Origin: Balanoglossus misakiensis | Lineage: Eukaryota > Animalia > Hemichordata | Assembly: GCA_040954595.2 (NCBI GenBank) | Contig: CM082576.2 | Coordinates: 792,648 to 856,647, forward strand | Reading direction: 5' to 3' | Length of the DNA stretch: 64,000 nucleotides | In this document: one piece after another, positions 1 to 16,100 of the stretch | Layout of the letters: every line of letters begins with the position of its first letter | How positions within the stretch are numbered: position 1 is the first letter of the stretch | The notes under the pieces: generated by a model | Seen by the model: the letters and a program-made list of their open reading frames with translations, nothing else | Databases searched by the model: none | Told to the model about the DNA's origin: nothing | Position numbers and translations under genes: made by a program

Positions 1-1176
1 TAAAGACCAGAAAAAAATCAGTAATTGAAAACCAGGAGAGATGAAGGTGAGAGCTAATGGTCTTGTCTGTCTGGTAAGGCTTGATCCCTTGCAAGATTCC
101 CACGTTGAGAAAAAAAATATCTTGGGGATGAGCTTTTAGAGAGCTGCAGGGAGTAATCTCAGAATGAGAACTGACTGAACTGTCCATTCGTCACTGTCCT
201 TGATGATCATTTGCAAGGAAGAAGAAACATTCCACATTTCATTGTTTGGAAGATTGCGGACAAAACTGTAATAAACGTGTATTCATTACTTTTTTGAGGT
301 TTCATGTGGGATGAGTCGCACACTGTATTCATGATGCATGAACTATCAAATTTTTTGTGTGAAACTCAAAACTGCCAGGATTTTCGTCTTTGGTGAAAAT
401 AAGTGGTGATATTGAAAAATTAATATCTGTAACAGGCTAAATGAAGCAGTGATACAATTTTGTAATCATTCAGATAAAACTGCATAGACAATGATCACTT
501 CATCTTTTCAAAAAGTTCAACAAATATGGCATTTAACTCAGCCAAGTGTCAAGGCAGCTTCTACAGATACAAAATACAAGCAATCAAACACAAAAAAACT
601 GAGTGTATTGATCACCTGCAAAACATCAATCAATGTAGCCCCAATTTTCAAAACAAATGTGCTGTTACTGTGGCAACAAAATATTGCCAAGCTAATCGCA
701 AACTTCGATGAGTCTTGATCAGGTAATTTCTTGTCTGGAGGGGAAAAAATCAATATTTGGTTTCCGGTGATGCAAATCTTTGACCTTTGACCCTCAGGTG
801 CTACCATATATCATGCATATTTGGCATGTGTTGTTTTGTAGAAGCACACAACGTGTTTCAAACAAGGTAAAACAACAACACTAAATGAACTACTTTGGCA
901 ATTTCTTTCACACTGTCAGGCAAATAAAAACCCTGAAAAATAATTTGGCAAACATTGATCCTTCATGTGAAAATTCAAATTTGATACAGAACGGACAGAA
1001 AATGAAATTGTGATACATACTAAATCAACTATTTATTACTAGCATTTGGCATATCTAATTTCTCTCGTTACCCACAGTCCTTCTAATGTTTTTGTACAAT
1101 ATTTGCATAGAGTTTTTGCCTTCCGTCATTTGTCACAATGGAGAGCTTCATCAATAGTGGTTGTCATGGTGCTGCA

Positions 1177-4100
1177 TCACTCCTCTTCGTCATCAGAGTC
1201 ACTTTCATCTCCTTCCGTTGATACTTTATTCTTTTCCATATCGTCAATCTCCAAAACAAGTTGAGAATGCTCTTCCAATAGTTGCTGCAATTCAGTCTGT
1301 TTCCGACTGGCACTTTCCTGTTCCATAAGAAAATTGGGGATAAAAAAAAATCTCTGTGTTAATCTCTTCAGGAACACATCAAATATGCCATTTGACATTG
1401 GATATGAGTGACTATCTCCCTTTTAATGCAGTGATGCAGGTCAGCTTGCAGAGATGCTTGTACTCTACAGGTGTATATAAGTTTACAAAGCAGAAACAAA
1501 ATGCGTCTTTGCTGGCACAATCCTACAACCATCGGCTGTGATAAATAATGAATGCATGATTGTATCATAACAATCCCAGATGACATCTTGCCAAAGGATG
1601 TTATTAACAAAGTGTAAGATGTCATACATTTGAATGAAATATTCATAAAGATCATATTTCACATGCAGCTTCTGAAAGACGTACATTTTTTTGGACACTC
1701 AGCTCATTGTGAGTATGATTAATATCAGATGAACTTGATATTAATATGTATTGTTATTTTTACAATTTGTGTCATGCAGACTTTTCTAATGTGCTGGTTA
1801 CATGGGGATTTATATCTGTGAACTAAAGATTTTAACAAGCTTGTGTGAATCACTGTTTCTTGACATGAAGTATTCTTCCTCCCTCCCTCCCTCCCCACTT
1901 CAAAATCTGACACTTGAGTCCCATTCTTTCCTCTCCAACTTCCACTTGCAATGCCCCCCCCCCCCCCCCCCCCCCCCAAGGACACTCTCTTTCTCATGCA
2001 CATGAGAGAAAGAGAGAGTTCATTTCTGTCTCTTTATCTACACCCACTAGAACCTTTTATTCAAAGTAACAATTCAAATACATGATTCCGGACCTGTTGA
2101 AGTATTCCGAGAACATGACTGAAAAGATGAAGTGAGTAATAAGTCCTCAATATACCCAACTTCAAAGTGGAAACAGCAAAAACACACAATACAAGTAAAA
2201 TGTTTGTGCGGGAAGCAGTCATTCTATTTACTGCAGTGCATGGTGCAATTCTATTATGCATCTACAGGTGGTTGTTAGATTTTCTCCCAACTAATTACGT
2301 ACAACCAATACCAAGCAACCTTACCATAGTAATGCTTTATATAGTCAATGCCATATCACACACATACAGCTAATCAGTGATGTGCTCACGAACAGACCTT
2401 GTTCAGTTTAGTTACAACTACACTTGTAAAATTTCCATCAAGGAGAAATCATAGCCTTTTGATGAATATCACTTCTAAGCTGTTGAGGTATGCTGTGCTT
2501 TTAACTTTGCAGAATTTGTTTTGCTGACCTCCTTCTGATGCAAACCACTTCACTGTGTGTCTGATATGACATCAACAATTGACTTATCAGTATATTAATT
2601 AATTAGAAGCTTTAACCGAAAACTTTCCACAAAGGATCACACAGTCACTCATCTCACCAACTTCAAACTGACCACAAGTATATGTTTTTTGCAATCCAGC
2701 AAGAATTTCTTACATGTAAATTTGTAAAGCTGTCTGAACAACAAAATTCATCCCAAAACACTGCATGGTTTATAATATTTTTGTTTTTACCTATCTATTT
2801 AGATCTTCACAATCTGTTATTCATATAAGAACAAATCCTGTCAGAGATCAAACCTCAGATACAGCCAGGAGAAATGATGGCCTCAAGTATTGCACACACA
2901 ATACACACCAAGTATATATATATACATCCTATGTGGAAAGCATTCATTGACCCTTAACCTTGTCAGATGAAAAGTTCACTTACGATAAACTCAGCCACTT
3001 GCTCATCAGAAGTGTGAGCATTTTGAGAAATCTCTTTGTCAGTATAACCTGTATTGAAGGAGTTGACCAGGGACAAAGATGTCAATATAGAATTAATAGA
3101 ACCCACATGTCACACAGTTGAGTTAGTCAAGTCTTTTCATGAAAAAGCTTTTGCATACATGTATGAACATATAAGCAAAAAAAGAAATCAGACAAGTTCC
3201 GTAACTTGAAACAGTGAATTGAACATTATTATAGACTGATTTCCAGTAAAAAGAGACAAGTAGTTGATTTCTTTGCATTGAAACGTTTGATGGGTCTGAT
3301 GAATTACATGTAAATAATGTAATAGAACTCATTCCCATGAAAATGTGTGCTTCTTACAGAGACTTTAATCCACGTATAGGGATGTTCAGAGTCTCTTGGG
3401 GACACACATCCCTTTGGCAATCAATTTTAAATTGAACCCTATAAAATTCAATGGAGGAGATACTGTGACATCAAAGTACATACTGTGTGTCGATGAGGAC
3501 ATTCTGGAGAATCCAAATGATTAATCATATGCAACAGCCAACATAAAATCTAGCCATCAGCTGCAAAGCCACAATCTAATGATGAGTAAGTTGATTGAAT
3601 CTTTTGCATGAGCCAAATTTTATGGATTCCTCTTTACCAGCATTAAGTTTTGATTTGAGATTTCTGCCTTTTCTATCTCACCTTAAAAAATCAGAAAATT
3701 AGTGTTCATAGGTGAGGACGAGCTTAACTAATCTGTTTAGAGTAATTGACTTCATTAATTAATCAAACACAATCACCTACACAATGGATAATCTCGCTTG
3801 CTTTTTTATACCTAAGAATTTTGAATTCATCCTATTTCTTGTGCCACTTTGAAGTCCCCAGTATTGTGTTTCACTTACCTGTTTCAATCGGATCAAGATC
3901 TATAGCAACTGGCTGAGATTCACCATCTCCATCATCCACAGCTGTTAATATCATGGCAGGAGGTGCAATTCCACTACTGATGACAGCACCAGAATTTGTC
4001 CCTTTAACTGGGTCATTCTCATCTACTACTGAGTCAGGTTCCTCACTTTTGCTCTGTACATCTTCAATGCCACTTTTCTCTACACTCTCACCTTTGACAT

Positions 4101-7100
4101 CTGACCCTTGCACTTCACCTTTGACATCTGACCCTTGCATTTCCCCTTCACTAGAGTCTGTTTTCTCATTAACTGTTTCCCCACCCTCTGTTGCCCCTGG
4201 CAACTGTTCCTTGTTCTCCTCGGCTGAAACCTTTGCACTTCCATCTGGTTCTTTGAGTTCAGAAGAATTGTCATCATCAACATTTTTGGATAATTTGGAA
4301 GAGTCACTATCTCCTAGCACATCCTGATCTGGGATATCAAGTTGATCTGGAGTTGATGCCCTGGAATCGGGCTGTGTGTTTTCCACTGATGGCACAGACA
4401 CTTTTATACTGCTTGAGTTGGATTTTGTATCAAAGTTGTGTTCCTCGTAGACACCCTTTGCAATTCTGTGTTGAACAGGGCTAGATGTTGATGAGGCTCC
4501 TGTAAATAGACACAAGTAGAAAGTTTACAGATATGCAATCATATTAGTTCTCGTCACAACACCAGTTATGAATACAGAGATCCAAGTTACTTGAAAAACA
4601 CTAAAATAAAAAGTACCTATTTGAGAACATGTTACAAAACTGACCACACAAATTAAGTGACAGCAGTATATAAAGGATTAATGCTCATGACTGCATGTGT
4701 ACAGCACAAAGTCTTAAAAACCTCCAAGACCAACCAACCACTACGTGACTGAAATCTATTATTGGGATTTACACCACATAAAATTGATTGGGGTGTAAAA
4801 TTGACAATACTGTAGCAAATGGGCATCCACTCAATGGAAGACTAATTTTCACTTTGCACGAATGCAGATGATGACGTTATCTGTGGAATGAATCTCTCTG
4901 CCTGATTACTTACTAATGGTCAATATGCAAAGTGCAATGTGCTAAGAATTTAAAAAAAAAATATTTAAAGATTCTGTCTCACAAAGACATTCAGTCAAAT
5001 CCTAAGCTGCCTGTGAATTAATAGGAATGTGTTACAACTGAAAGTCACCACCAGGCAACAACACAGTAGCAAGCTTGGCTTGCCATTTCGACCTTGCTGT
5101 TACAAGACACAGCATCATATAGCTCATTCACAGGTAGACATACACTTTGTAGGGCGGGATCGAGTGACACTTTGCCCTCAATATTTCCTAACGTAGAAAT
5201 ATGTTTCAGGAATTACTAGACGAAGCCAAGTCTTGCACACAAACATCTCCTGCAAGCAAGCAACCCTGGGAAAATCCTCAATGTTCAACACAGCATTGTG
5301 GATACAGATTTCTACATTTTATGAAACTGTCATCAAAGAAATCACAATGTGTTGATTTATAAACAGGTAGCAGCAATTAAGACTTCAATATAATTACACA
5401 GCCCTTGAATCAAGAAATTACAGACTGAGATATAATCACACACTCACAAGTTATACGACATTGATGCAATCTCACATTTACAAGGGAAGATTTTCATAAG
5501 ATAAAACCTGAAGGACTTTTTCTGCAGGCTGGCTGTTATTCAAACAAAACTTGGAGAATTATAAAGAGCAACCTTCAACAAAGGTTGATTGCCTGATTTT
5601 TTAAAAACTGGTTGTTTTAAAAAACACAAACAAATATTTAGCGCATAAGGTTCAATATCAATCAACCCTGACCTACGTATATCAGTTTTATGTTTTAATT
5701 ATTCATAATAATATTCAAAATACACAAGCTGTTAGTCATATTTACTCTCACAGTTTCTTAACAAACTTATGTACCCTGCAGGTCCCCTTAACCACACCAA
5801 AATACAATAAACATTTTGCAGTGCGATGCCAGGTTACAGTAAAAATTTGGTAAAGACCACCCGGACATCAAAGAGCAAAGTGGGGGGTAAAATATACACA
5901 CGATTTTTATCAATCATAAGGTATGATGCCAACTGCAACCTTACAAGTTCTTGAATCACAGAAGGGAAACCAAGGTCCAACAGCTTGTTACCGGTATTGT
6001 ATTCCACACAGGAAACAGAAGACAAAAATTGTCATGATTTGTTAGATCCACTTTCAGGGACAGTTAAAATTAATACAAAGATGATTTTTAATGATGTATC
6101 TTGCGAATAACAGGAAATGGAGGGTTAAAAATATGTGAACTTTTTTTACCTTCTCATTTCATATATTAAACTTTTAAACTTATAACCTTTTTGCAACTTA
6201 TTTTCAGAAACTCTCAATGAGGAAGTGAAATCAAAGGAGAGATCGACCACTTTTCCCCCCGATCACTCATCAAATCAATTATCATTGAAAACACAGCCTT
6301 GTGGCAAACATCTTCATTTCCCTGTACGTACACGTACAAGGTCCAACCTCGCCATTGAAAACAATGTGGTTAAAGCAAAGATACTAAAAAAACACTCAAG
6401 TGTTTATGGTTTAAAATCAAAGCACAGAGGCGGACGTGAACACTTCTATGTCCCTGCTATAATACCATGAACTGTGGTACTACAATGTACAAAGGCTTAA
6501 CCTGACTACAGAAAGCAAAGTGGATAAAACAAACAGAGAGAACGTGGTGAATAGTCACCTTCCTATCAAATATATATCCAAAAGCCAATATTTTTTCAGC
6601 AATTATTTACAATATACCTTAATGTTGTTATATACCACTAAAAAATAAAGAGAATTGATTATAACCTTTAGCATCATCCTTCAGATTTTGTCCATTACAA
6701 CATTTGAAATTTACACTTGGGTGATGAACAAGGTTTATCTGCCAAATTGACAACTGATCGTCATGGACATCTTATGCATCATTTCACAATGGCAAGATCA
6801 TTTCATTTTTCACACTTCAGAAGTTTTCATTGTTATCAGGATTCTATCATGTTTCTTTCTGTCAACACACCTGCCTGTTGAGAGTATGAACCTGTACTCA
6901 GAGAATTTTTGATGATATTAGAAATCTTTGTGTCTGGGATTAGTTCTTAGAGATAGCTCTCAGGTATCTCATCTAGTTTCGGTCAACCACCTGAGACAGG
7001 GATAATGTAAACCTGCAATTATTTTTGGAGATGGAGTACCTTTTGTTCGGACAGTCACTAACCAAAGACTGTTGAAGACTTAAGAAATCATTTAGAGATG

Positions 7101-10100
7101 AAACATTGACAAAAGATGTGTTTTCAGTTTGAAATAACTTTTAAAAGCAGTTGAAATTATACAAACAAGTAAAACCACACAATGACTACATAAGTGTCAC
7201 ACAAATTAAACTTTGGCACAAAAAACTCAACACCCTTTTTCTCAATTGTGCAAAATATCAAACAGAAACAATGTCAGGAAGCAGAGGAAAAAAGACCATT
7301 GCAAATGATTGACATTTGTTTCAGCAATCTTCTTTTTTTCATTTATTTTGCAGAGGTTACAAGTTTTTCACACCACTGCAAAATGCTAAAAAAAACTTAC
7401 CCATAAAGCAAGCGAGAGACATGTAAAACTAAACGGTTTGCGAGAAATGGACAAAAAATATAATAAGTTAGGAAACGTGCACTTGTTAGTGTTAGTTCTG
7501 GTGTGTCAATTTCATCATTGAACAAAATTTCTTGAACATGTTAGAGAGTTATGAAAAATATAGTTGCAATAACGGGAGATTGAGAGTATTATTTGGTTAA
7601 AACATGTTTCAATTTTTTTTAATTATTGAATACTTTGTATGAATGTATGGGTGTGTAAAGATTATACTAGATCAATATGTGATGTTGTGGGTTTTTTAGG
7701 TTTGTGTAGGCTGCAGGTTATGGGCCTGTGTGGGTTGGGTTATTTTGGGTTTGCTTGGGATTGTTTGGGATTGATAGAAATTTGTTCAGGTTTTCATGGA
7801 TGGATGCATGGTCACTAACCTGGCATGCTAGAATCTTGAGCTTTCAGAAGAGCATCTGTAACAGAGGCTGAAGGGGAAATAGCTCCACCACGTTCGTGTG
7901 TTGGAGTTGCTGTTGGAACAGGTGGGTCAATTCTTGTTGTTTCCTGCCAATAAATAAGGGTCAATTAATCATATATATCTAATATCTTCACAAATGTTTA
8001 ATTGCTAGAATTGCATGTTTTCACTGAAAAGGCGAATGAGCACAAAAAGTTATATTTAAAGAATTAACAATAAAAAAGAAAACATTTCCTTATATGGACA
8101 TATCCTGAGTCTTTTCAAAGCAGGAAATTCTTCTAAAAAACAGGAAGTAGTACAACTGTTATGAACATGTTATTCTCCTGTGAGTCTTGTGGCTTGGCAA
8201 GGTAAGCCCACCCAGTCACTACCTTCCTACCAAGACCCGGTGACCAAACATCCTTTGGCTGATTTTGTATGGATTCTCTGCTCATTTCAAAAACTCTGCA
8301 ATTGAGTCAGTGCCATGCAGAAACTCCCACCAGAAACTCTCAGAATTACAAAGCCTTGTAATTTAGTAAATAATGTACATGGTCTGATCCTATCTTCACA
8401 CATCAATGGGAATGAATTTGCTTGCAGAATGATGGCACCTCACTTTGCAGACTGACTGCAACAAAACAACAATGCCATACCTGGGTTTCAGGTCTTCTAA
8501 AAGGCTCTTCACTGACATTAGATTCTGAGTTGTTTTTGCCATTATTTGTTGTTGTTGTTGTTGTTGGAGGTGGTTGACCATCGATGCCACCAGACTGTTG
8601 CCTGCGGATATGCTTGGAAGAGGCTTGTCTGGAGATGGCACCAACTCCTGGAGCTGCCAGGATTTTGGCATTGCCATGCACTGAATCTAGGGAGGGGATA
8701 ATTTACAAGAAAGGGGAATTGTTAGTCAGAATGAGGTAACAGTATATGTGTGTGTGCGTGTAGTGGTGGGTGGGTGTGCATGTCTGTATGTCTGCCTGCC
8801 TGCATGTCTGTATGCTATGTGAACAAAAAACTCAAAACTTTTGTGAAACTACATACTGGTATGTACTTTGCCACATCTATTGAAGTCTACCATAAGCAAA
8901 TCACATTATCATGACATACATGTAGGTGTGTATATTTGTAGAACATAGCATCAAAACAACACAATGCACGATTTGCCTATTACAGACAAGACTGGAGGAC
9001 AGAACATATTTAAGGAAACCCTCACATGAAAGATTATTTCTAGGTCCCCTTTTTATGTTCAACTTCACCACCTCTACACCAAAATATGGTAGTGAAAGCG
9101 TTGAAAGATGTTAGCTGGTGCTTTAAAAAAAATCTCTGTTAGTATGGAGATGTTAGATCTATGGGAGACATTGAACATTTGTCTTTAAGGTAGGCAGTGT
9201 CTTACCATTCCCAAAAGCCACTACAATTTGCAGTGTGCCAGCTTTAGCAGGGTGGAAAAAAGGCAAAAATGTTATTCAGGCATCTAGTTATAAAAATTAA
9301 TATAGCAGTGTAACTCATATGACAATGGGGATCAAACAATTTGACGCTCTCTGCATATCTACTAATGCTAAAATCATAGATTTCATATGAAATTGGTAAT
9401 TCTCCAGTACCGAAGCACTGATTTCTGTTCAGAAATCCAAAAAGAAATAAAAATAATGGGGCAATTTAAATTTAAATCAGTTTATACTTTTACAATATTT
9501 CCAAGTAGCCTATAAAGTGAAACATGAATATTACCATATCCCTATAACCTGACCAGGTTGCAATGGATCTCCCATTACAGCTTAACGAAAACAATCAAAA
9601 ATCCATATTGAGTTGTCAATGGCCCGTGGATAAATGCCTCAACTAAAAATGCTGTAAAATTTTCAAGCGTGAAATATACGACTCACTTGGTAATTCAACC
9701 AGTTTAACTCGGCCACTTGATGCATCTCCTGATCGGACCATTTTTCTGCTGTCATAGAAATATGGCGCTGGCACAGTGGGTGGTCTGTAGCCCTTGGTGG
9801 ATTTGGGTCGGTCTATTTGACTATACTGCACGACTGTGTGAGGGTTCTGAGGGTTACGAAAACTTCTGTTGGAGAGAAAAAAAGGTTGACTGTACTGCAC
9901 GACTGTGTGAGGGTTCTGAGGGTTACGAAAACTTCTGTTGGAGAGAAAAAATGGCACGATTTGACCTCTTGTCCAAATATTGCTTTTTCACCATCATCAG
10001 CTCAGTGGTATAATTTTAAGTATCTAGTTGATGCAGTTCATGAAACATCATGTCAATGTCACATACAAAAAACAACAAATGCTGACTTGATCACTGTACA

Positions 10101-13100
10101 CGACCTGATAATTATTTGCAATGGTTATTTCAATACCTTTTTCCACAGAGGATAATAAAATCTTTGCAATCAAACTCCCATTGCACAGGTCATCATGCAG
10201 ACAAGTGACCATACCTCAATACAAGATTCATGACTTACTTCACTGTCAGAGGTGCCATAATGGATTGACTTCGCGATCCCATCTGTACGCGTCTCTGAGG
10301 TAACAGACTCCGTAGCATGGCTGAGTTGCCCTAGTGGGAAAAAAAAAGATTCAACATGAGAATATATAATGATGCTGTTTTGTAAGCTAGTCACAGTTGC
10401 TAAATTGTTTGTGTTTGGAATCCACCTGTTTCAATGTTGATTGCAGTAGGACATATATACAACCTACCCTGTGGAATCCAATAAATATACAGGTATCTAT
10501 TTTGCTCTCACCTCTTCTGACCAGATGTATGACAAAAATGATTGCTTACTAAATTATAGGATTATGCTAGAAATAGATGTGACTACTAATTTAAGATAAT
10601 CATAGAAATATGAAATTATTACAGAAGAGCTGAAAGTTACATTTGCATTTACGCTTTTTTTAATGGTTGGTTTAGCAATGGCTTTGACAGATGACACTGT
10701 TAGCAATGGTACTTGTATAATGGAAGGATAGAATGAAACAACCATAGACTATTCTGATATGAAAAAAAGATATGAAATACACCCGGTGTGGTTTAAAAAT
10801 AGATAGTCTTCACTTTATATTTTGGTCTTTAAATCTTGTTCCTTGTTTTAACCAGTTCCTATCTGAAGGGACTCAAAACTAAAATATTCAATCTTTTTTT
10901 ATGTTATTGCGCCACATACATATTGTGGTGTGTAACTCCTTCCCTGTCACTACATTTGGTAAAACCCAACTGATGTGAACAATGTGGTTGAATTCATGCG
11001 ATGGGAAATGGAGGTGAAAGGATGATGTGATGAGGAAAAGGTGTAATTTGTGTATGGTGCATATAATGTTGAAAATTATCACTATCTTAAGGAGTCCCTT
11101 TTCGGGGAATGAAATTCTTTGGCAGCTAGCTACTTATGCACGTAATGCTAAGATGGTGAATTTATTTTCTCTAAGAAAAGCGATGCAGAGATGCTGACAT
11201 AACAGGTGTGTATGTTGGGAAGGAAATTCTAGCTTACATGATGCAAGGTTTTGTTGCCATCTGCTGAATTTCTCTGGTCGTAGCTGTCACAGTTATTTAT
11301 CTGAATTCAAAACAGAAATGATCCATGCATCAAAGTCACCACATCCTGACTTCTACAGACTTTCAAATCTTTAGTTTCCACCATAAATCATTTTATAATT
11401 TTTCTCTAAATATACATGTGGCTATTAGATGGATTTGATGAAATCACCCTTCAGCTAAACCAGGGTTTGGCTGCAGTTCATTTATACCAGATGGTTGGGT
11501 AATTATTAAAAACCCAATTGGCTATCAGCGGGTTTGGTATAAAAGAAACCCACTGCAATATCACATGATTGTGGTAAACCCAATTGATTGTACCACAGCC
11601 CGGTTTTGTTGAAAATCCATTGGGCAGTAGGGGACTGTTATACCAGGGGTTCAAACTGAAGTTCCTTGGTTATTAGAGAGGGGGGGGGGGGGTTATAATT
11701 CTGTACCTACAACAGGGAGATGTGGTGAAATACAATGGCGATCACGGGGACGCATTGAATTCTCATAACCAGGAGAGGGTTGAGAGACTAACTCCACAGA
11801 CAACACAGATCAAAATGATCCCATCCAATGGGAATAATGGAGAGAAAGAGAGGTACAGTATCTCCTTCCTTTGCTCTGACTCGTCTAACTATTATCCTCT
11901 GGCTTGCTTGTTAAATGCAAAAGTTTATTTAATCCTCTGGGAATACTACAGTATTTTTGCATAAAGCAATAACTTCACTTGCTTTTAAAAGGTTATGACA
12001 TTTCAGAATGGTGCTATAGCTTTTGGTAAACACAGAAGACCATTACATGAACGCGCCCACCGATAACACATTAATGAGGTTACACAGACATATTGGTTTG
12101 AAACGTGCAGCTTCTGATATTACAATCATTTGTGCTGAACCACACAAGCTCTCCTTCAAATCTTGCGATTACTTTTGCGATAATGAGCACAAGGTTTACT
12201 CTTACAGATATGATGTGTTTGTAATGAGAAAATCACATCTCTCCTGAGATAAACTTAGCTTACAGGTACAGGTTATAGCTCCTACATCACGATCTAATGA
12301 CTGTGTCACTCTTCCTGTACGTGTTATATGACATACAAATACAACACTGGTTTACAAGCCTCCAATTTGCCTTTTCTCAGCTTCACAAAAAACATAGAGT
12401 ACCTGCATCGTGTGTATATTATCAGCATTTCACAGGGGAAAAAAATCATTACATATAAGCACCAAAGAAAATGTTTATCACAGTTGATTGTAAATGGTTA
12501 GCACTATTATTTCCTAATTATCTAAGATCAGTGATTAATCCAAATTATGAAAAGCAACTCTACAGGTCCATGTACACGTCAGGCAAAAACAAGGAAAGCT
12601 GATTAGCTGTGAATAAGCTTGCTAGTTTAATTAGGGAAGGTGTACGTGTTGGAGTGGCTGATGGGGGACACAGGAAAAAGAATAATTCACATGTTTATAC
12701 ACATTGTGCGTTTTTGTGACAACTTGGTTCATCCAAGAAAAGAGTGGCACTATCTGTCTACTCTCTTCCACTCACCTTACACACATTATTATAGACACTG
12801 GCAATTCCAATCAAATCTTTGGAAGTTGATGCCACTCGCTTGATTTCTTCCAATGCATCATCGTCTGCCAGTCCATCGTCTGGTTTGTAAGTCTTCACTC
12901 TGTTGTCTACATATTCCAAATTACTAATGCCATTGCTTTTTATGATTGTAAAGCTGCGAGTGCTCTTCCTGCAAATCAAGAACAGGACAGAGAATGATAC
13001 AAACAGACCTGTGGGGGGGGGGGGGAGGGGGTTTGAACTCAGATTTATTTTAATGCTGCACAGAATACTGCCACTATTCTGACTACCATAGCTATTATTC

Positions 13101-16100
13101 CTGAAAACACATTACAAATTTGTAATTTTAATATTTATATGATAAAAACAACATCAAAATATAGACATTTGTTCCACTGATATAACACCAAGTCTTTAAA
13201 ATGACTATTGAACACACCCAACAGTGCTGGAATGAATGTGTGAGGAAAAAACTCTGCAGAAATAAATGTGCAAATGGAGAAAGCTGTCTGGGCACATGTC
13301 TTGTTGAATTTCCGACTACTCGGTTGATCAAAGATCTTCAGCTGGAATACACATAACTCAATCAATTCCATGATCACACAGGACTCTATGACGTACAGGT
13401 TGTGTTTATACAATTATTGATTGACCAGAGAGGAATTTCAAATTCTTCCTTCAGTCATACAGCTGGCACATCCAATTCATTCATTATAATTTTATATGAT
13501 TTGTGACTGTCATAAATGTGGTTCATCTGTTGCTAGGAAACTATTGCTATTTCTCCTAATGTTCATGTTGATATTGACAACCCAGATCATTTTCAGGTTT
13601 TGACAGAAACTGTACTCAGTATACACAATTCTTCTTCAGAATTTTAATTTTATGTGCTCGACAATAATCCTTGCATAACTGAAGCATGACATCCAGTCCC
13701 CTGTGATGTCAAAGATTTCCATATTCACCTTTATACCATCATTAATTATAACTGCCATATGACGGATATAACATGGTGACATTTTGGAAAGAAAAATATA
13801 TTATATTGACATTATGATGGGTGATAGCCACAATTTTTCCATCTAACCTTGGTGCACAAATCATTGAAGGTGAATTGAAATTAGATTGCTGTTGGAAAGG
13901 ACAGCGTCATGGACCATATTAAAAGTAGGCCGTCAAGTACAATGTACTCATTTGTAACTGCAGGGTACACTGAAACTGATATGAGAAAGACCCTCAATTT
14001 GAATGCAAACAGAAAATGATTTCAATACAGAGACACCTGAGATGCCATCATGCAAGTCATTAGGCTCTATAGAATTAAGACATCCCCCACACAAACAACA
14101 AACTACACGATCAGTCATAATTCCTCCATATCTTAGACTAATGATTCAAAATTTCTCTTTTTTGATCGAATTTGATTTGATATATTTACACTGGCCTTTG
14201 TCTCACATGATATATAAAGCAAGTGTCAACGTCAAAAACAATTTCTTCAAATTCCTTTCTTGTATTCACATTGCAGGTGGATGAACACAAAACTCACTTT
14301 GTCAACTGACTGTAATCAGGTGATAGTGTATTTGTCCTGGGACTTTGTAGATCAGGATCCTCCTTTGATTTGGCTGTCTTTGGCTTGGCACGCTGTAAAG
14401 AACCAACAGAACACAATTAATATATATCTCCAACTGTTATGTATATGTTACGGGATCTATTGTTTACAAAGTTTGGTGTATATTTGTGGTGGTTTACAAA
14501 AGTGGTAGAGATATGAACAGTGTAGAAATGACTGGTTATAAAAAGGGTGTAAAACTGGTATTTGTACTATAAACTATCTATTGTGGAGGCTTGTGCCACT
14601 GGAATATCCTCAATTGAACTGTGAGGGCTCTCTAACTGCCCCAACACACAAGCTGTTACAGCAGTCTTGGATTCCCATTTGCAGTAACCTTATCTATCAT
14701 ATGATCACATCTTAACCCCATTACCTTACTTCACCTCACATCACCAACAATTTCCAAATTAGGGCAGATAATTATTACTAAAAGGAGGGGGCTGATAAAT
14801 GTTTTAAAAAAATTGCCAGAGCTTCTACATAATTAATCAGTGACGATATCCTCCTTGGCAATTTGATCAAGCATTAACATGTACTTGAATAACTTTCAAA
14901 TTTATACAATTCATTTCACAGTAATATGTTCAGTGCTGTGTTTTCCTTCTCTAGCTATGATTAGTTTCTGGCTATCAAGACCTCTGACCTTTAGACACAT
15001 CCTATTATTATTACTAATCTCCCTTTTCAACAAATTTTACGTGTATAAATATATTAATTTTTCCTTTTACTCACAAGTCTCTTCATTATGATTTATCACA
15101 AGAATATCTGATTGTTATTTTTAAGCAAATTAAAAATAAGTATCTGGCTTACAAATTCATCTGCTATTAAAATTTAGAACAAATGTACTAAAATGGTCAC
15201 ATTCCCTGAGGACATACACAAACAGAAATTTCATTGAACTACAGAATCACAATCCATCTGCATTTTTCCTTTTGAAACTGAAAACCGTGATGGGACAGCA
15301 ATTTTGGCAATTTGAAGTATGACATATCATGACGCAAAATTACAACTGCTTTTGGCAAACATGTAATGAAACTAAATTCATGAGACTCCAATTTCTTATT
15401 TACTCTTTTTGTCATTTTTTTTATGGTTGCCTGGCTGCCAAGATAATGTAGGCATATTATCGATTTCATCTTGCTTAATATATGTAGTGACACAAGTAAA
15501 TGTTTGGCCAGTGAGTCAGTTGCTGAATATGGATATGCAGACAAAATATCAACTATTGATTGCATGAGAATTTCCTGTGAGAGTGATATGGCTTAGTCAG
15601 TTTCAGAGGTGTGGGTTTCTTTCTCAGAATTTTTTTCATGTAATGCATTTTTCGTCATTTTGTATCAGCAGATAATGTGTTATTGCTGTCGGTGATATAT
15701 ATTTTCTAATATGACTGGATTTCTTTTTGTTTTACTGCATTGTTTCACTGACTACAATTTAGACCTTCATATTTATCTCATGCTTGAGGACACTTTCGAA
15801 AATATCAGAATCAGGACATATTAATTGGAAATAGAAAAGGTAGCTAGTCGATGCAAAATTTCATTATATAGGTAGTTCATCCTGTTGATGTTTTGGTGAA
15901 ATGCTATCCTCTGTAGTATATGCTGCTCAATCCCTGCAGGCGAGAAAGGTCAGTCTGTAATAATGTCTGTGAATCTAAGGTGAGAGGCAAGATGCCTATA
16001 TTACTTCTCTAAATCTCATCTACTTCACTAAATAGCTTCTCTGGGGAGACCATTAACTCCACTGGTGTGCACCAACCGCTGTGCTATTCTAAGATTTACA

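Noticed and set aside
11429-11620. Small MITE-like imperfect palindrome
   Set aside because: Inverted ends are short and mismatched, no TSD is evident and no second copy was seen in the window.
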